DNA of 64,000 nt, taken from the NCBI GenBank assembly GCA_965228475.1, contig OZ245817.1:788209-852208 (forward strand). Reading direction: 5' to 3'. The stretch is from Myxococcota bacterium. GTDB lineage: Bacteria; Myxococcota_A; UBA9160; JAFDDA01. Made by a program: the position numbers and the translations under genes. The notes under the pieces were generated by a model that was given only the letters and a program-made list of their open reading frames with translations, had not been told where the DNA came from and ran no database searches. Of this stretch, positions 35,168 to 44,867 are shown piece by piece (position 1 is the first letter of the stretch; each line of letters starts with the position of its first letter).

Positions 35168-35530
35168 CTAGTTGGGCCGGCCGAGGACTTCCTGGGCTTC
35201 CGCCTCCACGCGATCGAAGGCCTTGCGCAGGGTGGTCAGCGCGTCGTCGAGCTCGCCGAGGTCTCCCCGGGCGCCACGCTGCTGGAGCTCCATGCAGGCG
35301 GTCGCCAGATCGAAGGCCCCGACGTTGGCGCCGGAGTCCGAGAGCTGGCGGGCGGTCCGCTCGAGCCGCCGCGGGTTGCGCGAGGCCACGGCCTCTTCGA
35401 TGCGCAAGATCAGCCCGAACCCGTCGTCCACGAAGATCTCGAGGATCTCGCGCAGGCGGTCCCCGACCCCGGCGTCGAGGGAGCGCAGGGTCGCCAGGGC
35501 TTGCGGGTCGAGGGCAGGCGCTTGGTCCAT
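35168..35530 (-). CDS. Hpt-like domain protein lacking any histidine
   Basis: ATG at 35530 with GAGGAGGGA upstream. LERTARQLSDSGANVGAFDL occupies the position of the AHxLKGSSxxxGA motif, and the 120-aa protein contains no His. Confidence 0.55.
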   Translation of the reverse strand: MDQAPALDPQALATLRSLDAGVGDRLREILEIFVDDGFGLILRIEEAVASRNPRRLERTARQLSDSGANVGAFDLATACMELQQRGARGDLGELDDALTTLRKAFDRVEAEAQEVLGRPN

Positions 35531-35628
35531 TCCCTCCTCATCGGCCACGGGCCCCCCGGGATGAAGGGGGGAGACCCGGAGATCGCCCCGGCCCGAAAGC
35601 GGCGGAAAACGGGCTACCGTCGGGCGCT

Positions 35629-36495
35629 GTGAGAAACCCCGCCCACGACCTCCGACGGATGCTCGACGCCCCCGGCGTCCTGCCGATGCCCTGCTGCTTC
35701 GATGCACTCTCCGCGCGGCTGATCGAAGCGGCCGGCTTTCAGCTCACCTTCATGAGCGGCTTCTCGGTTTCCGCCGCCCGCCTCGGTCTGCCGGACACCG
35801 GCCTGATCTCCTACGGCGAGATGGAGGCCCAGGGCCGCTTGATCTGCTCGGCGGTCTCGATCCCGGTGATCGCCGACGGGGACACCGGCTACGGCAACGA
35901 GCTGAACGTCCGCCGCACCGTGGACGGCTTCGCCCGCGCTGGCTTCGCCGGCGTGATGATCGAGGACCAGCTCGCGCCGAAGCGCTGCGGCCACACGCGC
36001 GGCAAGGAGGTCGTGAGCCGCGACGAGGCGCGCAGCCGGATGCGCGCGGCGGTGGATGCCCGCGACGCCGGCGCCGACGTCCTGATCATGGCGCGCACCG
36101 ACGCACGCGCCGTCCACGGGATCGACGAGGCCATCGCCCGGGCCCAGGAGTTCGTGGAGCTCGGGGCGGACATCCTGTTCGTCGAAGCGCCCGAATCCGT
36201 CGACGAGCTCAAGCGGATCGGGGCCGAGGTGCCCGGCCCGAAGCTCGCGAACTTCGTGGAAGGCGGCGACACCCCGATCCTCTCGCTCGACGAACTCGAA
36301 CACCTCGGCTTCAAGATCGCCGCGTACCCGGTGACGCTGCTCTCCGCTTCGATCCGCGCGATGCAGGAGGCGCTCTCCGCGCTCACCCTCGGACACACGC
36401 CCGAGGACCTGTTGCTCGAGTTCGGCGAGCTGCGCCAGGTCGTGGGCTTCGAGGCCTACGAGGAGGCCCTGGCCCGCTACCGCAACGGGAGCTGA
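35629..36495 (+). CDS. Isocitrate lyase/PEP mutase superfamily enzyme (2-methylisocitrate lyase or carboxyvinyl-carboxyphosphonate phosphorylmutase-like)
   Basis: IADGDTGYGN, IEDQLAPKRCGH and LIMARTDA motifs. The start is either GTG 35629 or ATG 35659. Confidence 0.8.
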   Translation: MRNPAHDLRRMLDAPGVLPMPCCFDALSARLIEAAGFQLTFMSGFSVSAARLGLPDTGLISYGEMEAQGRLICSAVSIPVIADGDTGYGNELNVRRTVDGFARAGFAGVMIEDQLAPKRCGHTRGKEVVSRDEARSRMRAAVDARDAGADVLIMARTDARAVHGIDEAIARAQEFVELGADILFVEAPESVDELKRIGAEVPGPKLANFVEGGDTPILSLDELEHLGFKIAAYPVTLLSASIRAMQEALSALTLGHTPEDLLLEFGELRQVVGFEAYEEALARYRNGS

Positions 36496-36548
36496 GCTGC
36501 GCGGGCCGCGCCGACCACGGAGCCGAGCCACGGGCCAGGAGGGAACCG

Positions 36549-37784
36549 ATGTCCGTCGAAATCCAGCACGCAGAACTCTTCGGCCTGACCGAGACCACCG
36601 CCACGCTCTACTTCGACGTCGCCGACGCCTCGGGCCCGGTGAACGCGCCCGCGAAGGTGCTGCTCGACGGCGAGGTGCGAGCGGTTTCGGAAGGCTCGGA
36701 AGGCGAGGCGAAGACCCGGCGGGTCGTGCTCACCGGTCTCGAGCCGGACCGCTCCTATTCGCTCTCGCTCGAGGCCGACGGAGCCCGGGCCGAGCCGGGA
36801 GAGTTCCTGCCCGCGCAGTTCGAGACCCTGCCCGCGCCTGACTCCGCCTGCACCGCCAGCTTCGCGACGCTGAACGACCTGCACTTCGGCGAGCCCCGCT
36901 TCGGCGGCACGCTCACCGAAGACCACGAGTACGGCGAGGAGCGGGAGGGCTTCCCGGCCGTGTCCGACGCGGACGGCGACGAGCCCTACTGGCGCTTCAT
37001 GAACGAGGACGCCATCCACGACATCAACGAAGCGGGCGTCGACGCGACCGTGATCAAGGGCGACATCGCGGACCGCGGGCGCCCGGAGCAGTTCGAGGCC
37101 GCTCGCAGCGCCTTCTCGAAGCTCGCGGCCCCGCACCACGCCTTCCTCGGCAACCACGACCACTACGGGCTCGAAGCCGGCCTCGAGGTGGACGGCTACG
37201 CGCTGCTCGGCCAGGAGCCGGCGCCGCGCTGCGTCGACCTCGGCGGCTTTCGCCTGATCCTGCTCGACACGACGCGCCCGGGGCACCACGACGGGGTCTT
37301 CGGCGCGGAGCGCCGCGCGTGGCTCGCCGAGCGCCTGGACGAGACGCGCTCGGAGGGAATCCCGACGCTCCTCTTCATGCACCATCACCCCGTCCCGCCC
37401 GAGCGCCGTGACCAGTACCCGAACAGCATCGGCCTCGACCCGGCGGACTCCGTCGAGCTGTTCGCCCTGGCGGGAGAACACCCGCAGCTGCGCGGCGCCC
37501 TGATCGGGCACACCCACCGCAACCGCGTGCGCCACTACCCGGCCTCGGGGTCCGTGCCGTGGATCGAGGTGAACTGTACGAAGGACTACCCGGGCGGCTG
37601 GGGGCACTACCGGCTCTTCGAGGACGGGAGCTTCCGGCAGGAGGTGCGCCGCACCTCGAGCGCGCGCGCGATGCGCCACTCCTCGCACTGTCGCGACTTC
37701 TTCAACGGCTTCTACAAGCAGTTCTCGCTGGGCAAGCTCGAGCAGCGGAGCTTCGCGACGCCGGCCTGGAACGGCCGGAGTTAG
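36549..37784 (+). CDS. Metallophosphoesterase with N-terminal FN3/purple-acid-phosphatase-like domain
   Basis: LNDLHFGE, KGDIADRG, LGNHDH, FMHHHP and GHTHRN motifs. Confidence 0.8.
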   Translation: MSVEIQHAELFGLTETTATLYFDVADASGPVNAPAKVLLDGEVRAVSEGSEGEAKTRRVVLTGLEPDRSYSLSLEADGARAEPGEFLPAQFETLPAPDSACTASFATLNDLHFGEPRFGGTLTEDHEYGEEREGFPAVSDADGDEPYWRFMNEDAIHDINEAGVDATVIKGDIADRGRPEQFEAARSAFSKLAAPHHAFLGNHDHYGLEAGLEVDGYALLGQEPAPRCVDLGGFRLILLDTTRPGHHDGVFGAERRAWLAERLDETRSEGIPTLLFMHHHPVPPERRDQYPNSIGLDPADSVELFALAGEHPQLRGALIGHTHRNRVRHYPASGSVPWIEVNCTKDYPGGWGHYRLFEDGSFRQEVRRTSSARAMRHSSHCRDFFNGFYKQFSLGKLEQRSFATPAWNGRS

Positions 37785-38989
37785 GCCAGGCGCGAGCCGG
37801 TCCGCTTCGTCAGCTCGGCGATCGGGATGCCGTGGGGGCACGCCGTGGCGCAGGGCTCCCCACTGCACGTGAGACAGGCGCTCGCGTCGACCGGCAACTT
37901 GGCGTAGTCGCTCCGGGCCAGCTCGAGATCGCCGTAGTCCTCGGCGTACATCCGCGTGCGCAGCACCTCGGGAATCGTGACCTGAGCCGGGCAGGCGTCG
38001 CTGCAGGCGTCGCAGCCGTAGCGGCACTGGAGCTTGGCGTTCTTCTCGTCGTAGCGGGCGAGGGTGCGGCCGTCGCCCATGGCCGTGCGCGTCCAGCCCG
38101 AGGCGCCGAGGTACTCGTCGACCTCGGCGGGGGTGCGCATGGTGACGATCAGCGAGTCGACGTAGTCCTGGGAGAGGACCCAGCGGAAGGCCGCCTGGGA
38201 GAAGGTCGCGCGATCGCGCTGGTAGGGGCCGAGATCCTGGTTGCGGGCGCCGCGCAGGGTCTTCATCGCGACCACGCCGATGCCCTTGGCCTTGGCCCGC
38301 GCGAGGGAGGCCGGGAGCTTCGGCTGGAGGGCGACGAGGTCGAGCTTGCGCAGGATGCGCGCGTAGAAGGCCGGGTCCTGGCCGAAGTTGAAGGAGACGA
38401 GCAGGACGTCGACGAGGTCGTTGTCGACCACGTGGTCCACGCACTCGACGAGCAGCCCGCCGTGGCCCGACATGCCGCTGAAGCCGATCTTGCCCTGCTC
38501 CTTGGCACGGCTCACGAACTCCGGCCACTCCGGGTTCGAGACCCGGGCGAGGTCGTTCACGGCGTGGTTGAAGTAGACGTCGATGTAGTCCGTGCGCAGG
38601 CGGCGGAGGCTGCCTTCGAGCGCGGCCATCATGGCGTCCCGCTTCATGTCCCCGTAGAGCTTGGCCTTGGAGACGAGCACGACGTCCTTGCGCTTTCCCT
38701 CGAGCGCGCGGCCGATCGTTTCCTCGGAGGTGCCGCCCGTGTAGCTGTCCGCGGTGTCGATGTAGTTGATGCCGCGGTCGAGGGCGTGGTGGACGACGGT
38801 GCCGTCGGTCCCGAGCTTCGAGCTGCCGAAGCCGATGTCGGCGATCTTCAGGCCGGTGGCGCCGAGGGCCGGGAACCGCCGCACGCGCGGGGCCGCGTCG
38901 GCCAGGGCCGGGCCGGCGCCGAGGGCGATGCCCGCGGCAGCGCTGGCGCGCAGGAAGGATCGTCGGTCGATTTCGGGTCCTCGTCCCAT
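37781..38989 (-). CDS. Tat-exported aldo/keto reductase with C-terminal Fe-S Cys clusters
   Basis: ATG at 38989 with GAGGAG upstream. Twin-arginine signal DRRSFLRASAAAGIALG. AKR core (GINYIDTADSY). C-terminal CRYGCDACSDACP and CLTCSGEPCATACP. Confidence 0.75.
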   Translation of the reverse strand: MGRGPEIDRRSFLRASAAAGIALGAGPALADAAPRVRRFPALGATGLKIADIGFGSSKLGTDGTVVHHALDRGINYIDTADSYTGGTSEETIGRALEGKRKDVVLVSKAKLYGDMKRDAMMAALEGSLRRLRTDYIDVYFNHAVNDLARVSNPEWPEFVSRAKEQGKIGFSGMSGHGGLLVECVDHVVDNDLVDVLLVSFNFGQDPAFYARILRKLDLVALQPKLPASLARAKAKGIGVVAMKTLRGARNQDLGPYQRDRATFSQAAFRWVLSQDYVDSLIVTMRTPAEVDEYLGASGWTRTAMGDGRTLARYDEKNAKLQCRYGCDACSDACPAQVTIPEVLRTRMYAEDYGDLELARSDYAKLPVDASACLTCSGEPCATACPHGIPIAELTKRTGSRLA

Positions 38990-39104
38990 GCTCTCTCTCC
39001 TCGGCTGACGGGGGCCGGCGATTGAAGGGAAGGCTAGCACCCGCTCCAACCCGTGTGCCGAATGGGCCGAGCCCGGCCCGGTGGCCGCGCTAGGCTCGGA
39101 CCCC

Positions 39105-40298
39105 ATGCCCGGCCGCGTTCTCTCCGGCATCCGCATCCTCGATATGACGCGCGTCGTCGCCGGTCCGTTCGCGACGGCGATCCTGGCTGACCTCGGGGCC
39201 GACGTGCTCAAGGTGGAGCGCCCGGAGACCGGCGACGACTACCGCTACGGCCCCTCGGCCAAGGGGCAGACGTCGCTCTCCTTCCAGAACACCAACCGCG
39301 GCAAGCGCAGCATCACGCTCGACGTGCGCAAGCCCGAGGGACGTGCGCTTTTCTTGCGCCTCGCCGAGCGGTCCGACGCCGTGGTGGAGAACTTTCGCGC
39401 GGGCTGGCTCACCGCCCAGGGCCTCGACGCCGAGTCCCTGCACGCAGCGAACCCGCAGCTCGTGATCGCCTCGCTTTCGGGCTTCGGGCAGACCGGGCCC
39501 CGGGCCGGGGAGGGCTCCTACGACATCATCGCCCAGGCCGCGGGCGGCTTCCTCGCGACCACGGGGTTCCCGGACGGGCCGCCCGTGCGCGGCGGCGGCG
39601 CCCTCGCGGACTTCGTGGGCGGGCTCTACCTCGCGGTCGGCGTGCTCGCCGGCGTGCTCGAAGCGCGGCGGACGGGCGCCGGGCGCGTGCTCGACCTCTC
39701 GAACCAGGACGCCATGTTCGCCGTCACGGACTCCTGGGCGACCATCGCCGCGGGGCTCGGCGTGGCGGCCGAACGCACCGGGAACCAGCACCCCTTCACC
39801 GCACCCTACGACGCCTTCGAGGCGCGCGACGGTTGGGTCGCGATCGGCTGCGGGAGCAACAAGCTCTTCCGGCGGGCCGCCGCGGCGATCGGCCGGCCCG
39901 AACTCGCCGACGACGAGCGGTTCCGCAGCCACCGGGGCCGTGCCCGGCTGCGTGGCGAGGTGAACGGCCTGTTCGCGGAGTGGATCCGCCGGCGGACCTG
40001 CGACGAAGTCCTCGCCGCCTTCGGTCTCGAGGGGGCCGACGTGCCCTGCGCGCGCGTCGCGGCGCCCGACGAGCTGCTCGAGGATCCGCAGCTCGGAGCG
40101 CGCGGAATGATCGAGCGGCACCCGCACCCGGAGCTCGGTGAGATCGTCTTCCATGGGAACCCGCTGCGGTTTTCCGGGGCGGAGGAGAGGGAGCACGCCC
40201 TCGCGCCCACCCTCGGTGCCGACAACGACGAAACGTACGCGGCGCTCGGCCTCGATGAGACCGAGCGCCGCCGGCTCGCCGATGAAGGCGTGATCTAG
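39105..40298 (+). CDS. Family III CoA-transferase (CaiB/BaiF)
   Basis: LSGIRILDMTRVVAGPFATAILADLGADVLKVERP is the N-terminal signature. Confidence 0.8.
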   Translation: MPGRVLSGIRILDMTRVVAGPFATAILADLGADVLKVERPETGDDYRYGPSAKGQTSLSFQNTNRGKRSITLDVRKPEGRALFLRLAERSDAVVENFRAGWLTAQGLDAESLHAANPQLVIASLSGFGQTGPRAGEGSYDIIAQAAGGFLATTGFPDGPPVRGGGALADFVGGLYLAVGVLAGVLEARRTGAGRVLDLSNQDAMFAVTDSWATIAAGLGVAAERTGNQHPFTAPYDAFEARDGWVAIGCGSNKLFRRAAAAIGRPELADDERFRSHRGRARLRGEVNGLFAEWIRRRTCDEVLAAFGLEGADVPCARVAAPDELLEDPQLGARGMIERHPHPELGEIVFHGNPLRFSGAEEREHALAPTLGADNDETYAALGLDETERRRLADEGVI

Positions 40299-40310
40299 CC
40301 CGATGCCTTC

Positions 40311-40715
40311 CTAGAAATCGATGTGGAAGGCCAGGCGCGGCAGCCGCCAGTAGGGCACGCGATGCACGTGGTTCAGGTGGCGGTGATAGGCCGCGCGGTG
40401 GCGGAACGAGACGCGGTGATCGTCGCAGCGGAACAGCGGCCGCCGGTCGTAGTAGCGGTACCGCGCGTGGTTGCGTCGCTCCCAGCGGTCGTGCCGCCGT
40501 TCCCAGCGATCGCGGCGCCGCTCCCAGCGGTCGTGGCGACGCTCGTGGCGGTCGTAGCGGTGGTGACGGTCGTAGTGGCCATGGTGCCGATCGCGGTGCT
40601 CGTAGCGGTCGTGACCGTGGCGGCCGTGCGCCTCGGCCGGGGCCGGGGCGAACATCCACGCGGCGCCCGCGACGAGAACCAGCGAGAACAGGCGAAGGCT
40701 TCGGTTGCGAGTCAT
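40311..40715 (-). CDS. Small secreted His/Arg-rich tandem-repeat protein
   Basis: ATG at 40715 with AAGGAGG upstream, plus a signal peptide. Sequence HGRHGHDRYEHRDRHHGHYDRHHRYDRHERRHDRWERRRDRWERRHDRWERR. Confidence 0.65.
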   Translation of the reverse strand: MTRNRSLRLFSLVLVAGAAWMFAPAPAEAHGRHGHDRYEHRDRHHGHYDRHHRYDRHERRHDRWERRRDRWERRHDRWERRNHARYRYYDRRPLFRCDDHRVSFRHRAAYHRHLNHVHRVPYWRLPRLAFHIDF

Positions 40716-40780
40716 GGCAAAACCTCCTTGCGGTTGCCGATGACCCTTGGATGCCCGAGGCGGGCGAAATATTCGCGGCC

Positions 40781-41125
40781 TCAGTCGGCCTTCACTTCGA
40801 TGTCGAGATTCCCGAGCGGCCACGGCGCGTTCCCGCGCCCGTAGGGGGCGTAGGCGCCGCCCGGCGTCATGAGCGGCAGGGCCGGCGGCCAGGTGCGGTC
40901 CCAGTGTGCGCCCACTTCGAAGCCGTGGCGGGGGTGCCCGTGGAAGCCGCCCGGCGTCTCGAAGGCGTGGTTCCCCGGCGTCCGGTGGCTCGTGTAGTTG
41001 CGGCCGTGGATGCTCGCGTCGTCCTTGGCCGCCTTCGCCGGGTCGGAAGCCGTCTCCGTGGCCAGGGCCGGGAGCGTCCAGGCGAAAGTCGCCAGGGCCA
41101 CTGCAGTGAGGATGGGTCGTCGCAT
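40781..41125 (-). CDS. Small secreted His-containing hypothetical protein
   Basis: GGAGGAGGAGA upstream, signal peptide MRRPILTAVALATFAWTLPALA. 114 aa; the mature part has 9 His. Confidence 0.55.
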   Translation of the reverse strand: MRRPILTAVALATFAWTLPALATETASDPAKAAKDDASIHGRNYTSHRTPGNHAFETPGGFHGHPRHGFEVGAHWDRTWPPALPLMTPGGAYAPYGRGNAPWPLGNLDIEVKAD

Positions 41126-41183
41126 GATGTCTCCTCCTCCCCTGTCGATTCGCCGGACCCCTCCGGGCGAGTGTCGATGCGCG

Positions 41184-42323
41184 CTAGGCCGCGGATTCGG
41201 CGAACAGGCTCTCCGCCAGGTGACGCCGGTGGTGGATGCCGTCGCCGAGCATGCCGCGGCAGAACATCGCGCGCTTGAAGTAGAAGTGGACGTCGCAGTC
41301 GATGGTGAAGCCGTAGCCGCCGTGGAACTGGACGGCGTGCCGGACCGCCTCGGCGAAGACGTCCGAGATCAGCGCCTTGGCCATGCGGGCGCCCACGGCG
41401 GGCGGGGCAGCCTGCTCGTCGTAGACGGCACAGGCGGCGTAGGCGTGGGTGCGCGCCATCTCGATCCCGATCATGTCGTTCACGATCGGGTGCTTCACGG
41501 CCTGGAAGGATCCGATCTGTCGGTCGAACTGCTTGCGGTCGATGGCGTACTCGCGCGTCATCTGGAGCACGCCTTCGGCCGCGCCGACCATCTCCGCGGA
41601 GAGCCAGGCGGTGGCCTGGAGCAGGATCGCCGCCCACGCGTCCGGGCCGGCGCCGGTGAGACGTGCGTCTCCGGCGACCCGGGCGCCGTCGAAGCCGATG
41701 CGCGCCGTGCGCCGGGTCGGGTCGATGCTCTCTTCGGCTTCGATGCGCACGCCGGCCGCACCGGTTTCGATGGCGAACAGGGCGATGCCTTCGGCCGTAC
41801 GGAACGGTGCGACGACGAGGCCCGCATCGCTTCCCCCGAGCACGTGGGTCTTGATGCCGTCGAGTACGAAGCCGTCGCCCTCGGCGCGGGCGCTGGCTTC
41901 GACGCCGTCGGGTTCCCAGGAGCCGTCCGCTTCGAGCCAGCCGAGGCTCGCGACGAGATCGCCCCGGGCGATCTCCGGGAGCCAGCGCGCTTGCTGGGCC
42001 TCGCTGCCCGCCCGCGAGAGCGCGAGGGCGGCGAGGCTCGTCGCGAGGTAGGGGGAAGGCAGCAGGCGACGGCCCATCTCCTCGAGCAGCAGCGCCTGGT
42101 GGAGGTTCCCGAGGCCCGCGCCGCCGTGGGCTTCGCCGATGGTGAGGCCGGTCCAGCCGAGCTCCGCCATGGCCTTCCACGTGCCCGGATCGTGGCCCGC
42201 CGGGTCCGCGGCGAGCCGGCGGAGGGTGTCGATCGGGCAGTGCTCGTCGAGGAAGCGGCGCGCGCCGTCGCGCAGGATCTCGTGATCCTCGCCGAAACCG
42301 AAGTCCTGGATCGGGTTGATCAT
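41184..42323 (-). CDS. Acyl-CoA dehydrogenase family protein (beta-type partner lacking the C-terminal GGT-x-x-IQ motif)
   Basis: ATG at 42323. GWTGLTIGEAHGGAGLG and FQAVKHPIV motifs. Its start lies 8 nt after the stop of the upstream ACAD. Confidence 0.75.
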   Translation of the reverse strand: MINPIQDFGFGEDHEILRDGARRFLDEHCPIDTLRRLAADPAGHDPGTWKAMAELGWTGLTIGEAHGGAGLGNLHQALLLEEMGRRLLPSPYLATSLAALALSRAGSEAQQARWLPEIARGDLVASLGWLEADGSWEPDGVEASARAEGDGFVLDGIKTHVLGGSDAGLVVAPFRTAEGIALFAIETGAAGVRIEAEESIDPTRRTARIGFDGARVAGDARLTGAGPDAWAAILLQATAWLSAEMVGAAEGVLQMTREYAIDRKQFDRQIGSFQAVKHPIVNDMIGIEMARTHAYAACAVYDEQAAPPAVGARMAKALISDVFAEAVRHAVQFHGGYGFTIDCDVHFYFKRAMFCRGMLGDGIHHRRHLAESLFAESAA

Positions 42324-42331
42324 GGTTCGCC

Positions 42332-43558
42332 CTACTTGCTCTTCGGCAGGCCGAGGACCCGCTCGCCGAGGATGTTGCGTTGGATCTCGCTCGTGCCGCC
42401 GCCGATCGTCATGCCGAAGGAGTTCATGTAGGCGCGCGGCCACTCGGCGTCGTCGGGGGCGTTCGGGTCGCCCATCCAGAGTGCGGCCTCGGGGCCGAGC
42501 ATCTCGCACCCGAGCTCCGCGAGCTTCTGCCCGTACTCGGAGTAGACGAGCTTGTTCATCAGGGCGAGGGCCATCGGACGCTCGGTGTTGAGCCCGGGCG
42601 TCCGCTTGCGCAGGGCGCCGAGGCGCAGCGCTTCCTCCTCGATCCAGAGCTTCACGAGGCGATCCCGCAGGACCGGGTCGTCCGCGGCAGGCTGACCGTC
42701 GCGGCGCGCCCGGGTGGCGAGCTCGGCCGTGCGCCGCACGCTGTCGGCGGAGGACGTCGCGTTGCCGCCGCCCGTCCCCTCGGCCGCACCGCGCTCGAAG
42801 GTCAGGGTGGCCATGGCGACCTCCCAACCCTGGCCCGGCTTGCCGAGCATCGCATCGGCGGGCATGTGCGCGTCGGTGAAGATCACCTGATTGAAGCCGC
42901 CCTCGCCGGTCATCTTGATCAGCGGGAGGACTTCGACGCCCTCGGCCTCCATCGGGAACAGGAAGAAGGAGAGGCCCGCGTACTTGTGGGCTTCGGTGTC
43001 GGTGCGCGCGAGCAGGATCATCCACTTCGAGCGCGTTCCGAGGGTCGTCCAGACCTTGTGGCCGTTCACGGTCCATCCGCCGCCGGGCGCCGCCACGGCC
43101 TGGGTCTGCACGCTCGCGAGGTCCGAGCCGGCGCCCGGTTCGCTGAAGCCCTGGCACCAGATCTCGTCCCCATTGAGGATGGGCTGGATCATCCGCCGCT
43201 TCTGCTCTTCGGTGCCGTACTGGAGGATCACCGGGCCGGCCCACTGGAGGCCGATCGTGTTCACGAAGAAGGGCGCGTTGGCGCGCGACATCTCCTGGGT
43301 GACGACGCGCTGCCGCCCCTGGGTGTCGCCGCCGCCTCCGTACTCCTTGGGCCAGTCGAGGCCGAGGTAGCCGGCTTCGTAGGCCTTCCGCTGCCAGGCG
43401 TGCAGGTACTCGAACTGCTCGTCCGTCTCCACGAACAGGAAGTTCTGCGGCATCACGAAGTCCGGCTCCGGGGGCCGGTTCTCCGCGATCCACGCGCGCA
43501 CCTCGGCGCGGAACTCGGCGATCTCTTGCGATTCCGTTTGCTCGTCGTTCGGGCTCAT
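42332..43558 (-). CDS. Acyl-CoA dehydrogenase family protein (alpha-type)
   Basis: ATG at 43558. WCQGFSEPGAGSDLAS and C-terminal GGGTSEIQRNILGERVLGLP. Confidence 0.8.
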   Translation of the reverse strand: MSPNDEQTESQEIAEFRAEVRAWIAENRPPEPDFVMPQNFLFVETDEQFEYLHAWQRKAYEAGYLGLDWPKEYGGGGDTQGRQRVVTQEMSRANAPFFVNTIGLQWAGPVILQYGTEEQKRRMIQPILNGDEIWCQGFSEPGAGSDLASVQTQAVAAPGGGWTVNGHKVWTTLGTRSKWMILLARTDTEAHKYAGLSFFLFPMEAEGVEVLPLIKMTGEGGFNQVIFTDAHMPADAMLGKPGQGWEVAMATLTFERGAAEGTGGGNATSSADSVRRTAELATRARRDGQPAADDPVLRDRLVKLWIEEEALRLGALRKRTPGLNTERPMALALMNKLVYSEYGQKLAELGCEMLGPEAALWMGDPNAPDDAEWPRAYMNSFGMTIGGGTSEIQRNILGERVLGLPKSK

Positions 43559-43761
43559 GGGTTTCCTGCCGGCTCGCCACAGGCGTTCGGCGCCTGGGGC
43601 CCGCGAGCCTAACCGAGAGTGGGTCATGCTGCCGCCGAGGTGACGCCGGGTGGCAGTCTGGAGGCAGCGGTGCGGCAGCGCCTGCGCCGATGCGACGCGC
43701 TCTGGCGCTCGTTCGCTCCGCCCACGGCCGCGTGCTAGAACCGGTCCCTCGAGGAGAACGC

Positions 43762-44865
43762 ATGAATTTCGGATTCACGGAAGAGCAGGAGCTGCTTCGA
43801 CAGGAGGTGCGCAAGTACCTCGACGAGAACGCTTCGAGCGAGCACGTGCGCGAGATCGTGGAGACCCCGGAGGGCTTCTCGCGTGCGCAGTGGAAGGAGA
43901 TCGCCGAGCTCGGCTGGACGGGTCTCACCGTCGCCGAGGAGCACGGCGGCGCCGGCCTCGGCTGGGTCGACCTGATCGTTCTGCTGGAAGAGACCGGGCG
44001 GAGCCTGTTTCCCTCTCCGCTCGTCTCCAACACGATCGCCGCGGCGGCCATCGCCGAAGCCGGCAGCCCGGAGCAGGCGGCGCGCTTCCTGCCGAGCCTC
44101 GCGGACGGCTCCCGGATCGGAACGCTCGCGCTGCTCGAAGCCGACGATCGTCTCGGAGAGGAGGGCATCGCCCTGGCCGGTGAGGCTTCCGGCGGCAGCT
44201 TCACCCTGCGCGGTGAGAAGCGCTACGTGACCGACGCCGATGCCGCGGACGTCTTCGTCGTGCCCTTCCGCGCCAGCGGCCCGGTCCGGCTGGCCGTGGT
44301 CTCCGCCGACGCCGAGGGCGTGACCGTCGAGAGCACGCCGAGCATGGACCTCACCAAGCGCATGGGAACGGTCCGCTTCGACGGCGTCTCCGTCCCGGGT
44401 GCGGACGTGCTCGAGAGCGCGCCCCTCTCCCGCATCCTCGATCTCGCTACCGCCGCCGTGACCGCCGAGATGGTCGGCGCGGCGGAAGGGGCCCACGCCC
44501 TGACCGTTGCCTTCACGAAGGAGCGCATCCAGTTCGGGAAGCCGATCGGCCAGTTCCAGGGCGTGAAGCACCCGCTCGCCGAGATGCACGTCGACGTCGA
44601 ATCGTTCAAGTCCCTCGTCTACTACGCGGCCTGGGCTCTCGACGAACGCCACGCCGACGCGCCGCGCGCGGTCTCGATGGCCAAGGCCTACGCCTCGGAT
44701 GCCTTCGCGCGCATCGGGATCGACGCCGTCCAGCTCCACGGCGGCGTCGGGTACACCTGGGAGTACGACGCCCAGCTCTACTTGAAGCGCAGCAAGTGGG
44801 CGCGGCCGATCTTCGGCGACGCCGCCCACCACTACGAGCGCGTCGCCAGCCTCGGAGGGCTCTAG
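43762..44865 (+). CDS. Acyl-CoA dehydrogenase family protein (beta-type partner)
   Basis: ATG at 43762. MNFGFTEEQELLRQEV, GWTGLTVAEEHGGAGLG, FQGVKHPLAEM. No GGT-x-x-IQ motif at the C-terminus. Confidence 0.75.
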   Translation: MNFGFTEEQELLRQEVRKYLDENASSEHVREIVETPEGFSRAQWKEIAELGWTGLTVAEEHGGAGLGWVDLIVLLEETGRSLFPSPLVSNTIAAAAIAEAGSPEQAARFLPSLADGSRIGTLALLEADDRLGEEGIALAGEASGGSFTLRGEKRYVTDADAADVFVVPFRASGPVRLAVVSADAEGVTVESTPSMDLTKRMGTVRFDGVSVPGADVLESAPLSRILDLATAAVTAEMVGAAEGAHALTVAFTKERIQFGKPIGQFQGVKHPLAEMHVDVESFKSLVYYAAWALDERHADAPRAVSMAKAYASDAFARIGIDAVQLHGGVGYTWEYDAQLYLKRSKWARPIFGDAAHHYERVASLGGL

Positions 44866-44867
44866 CC

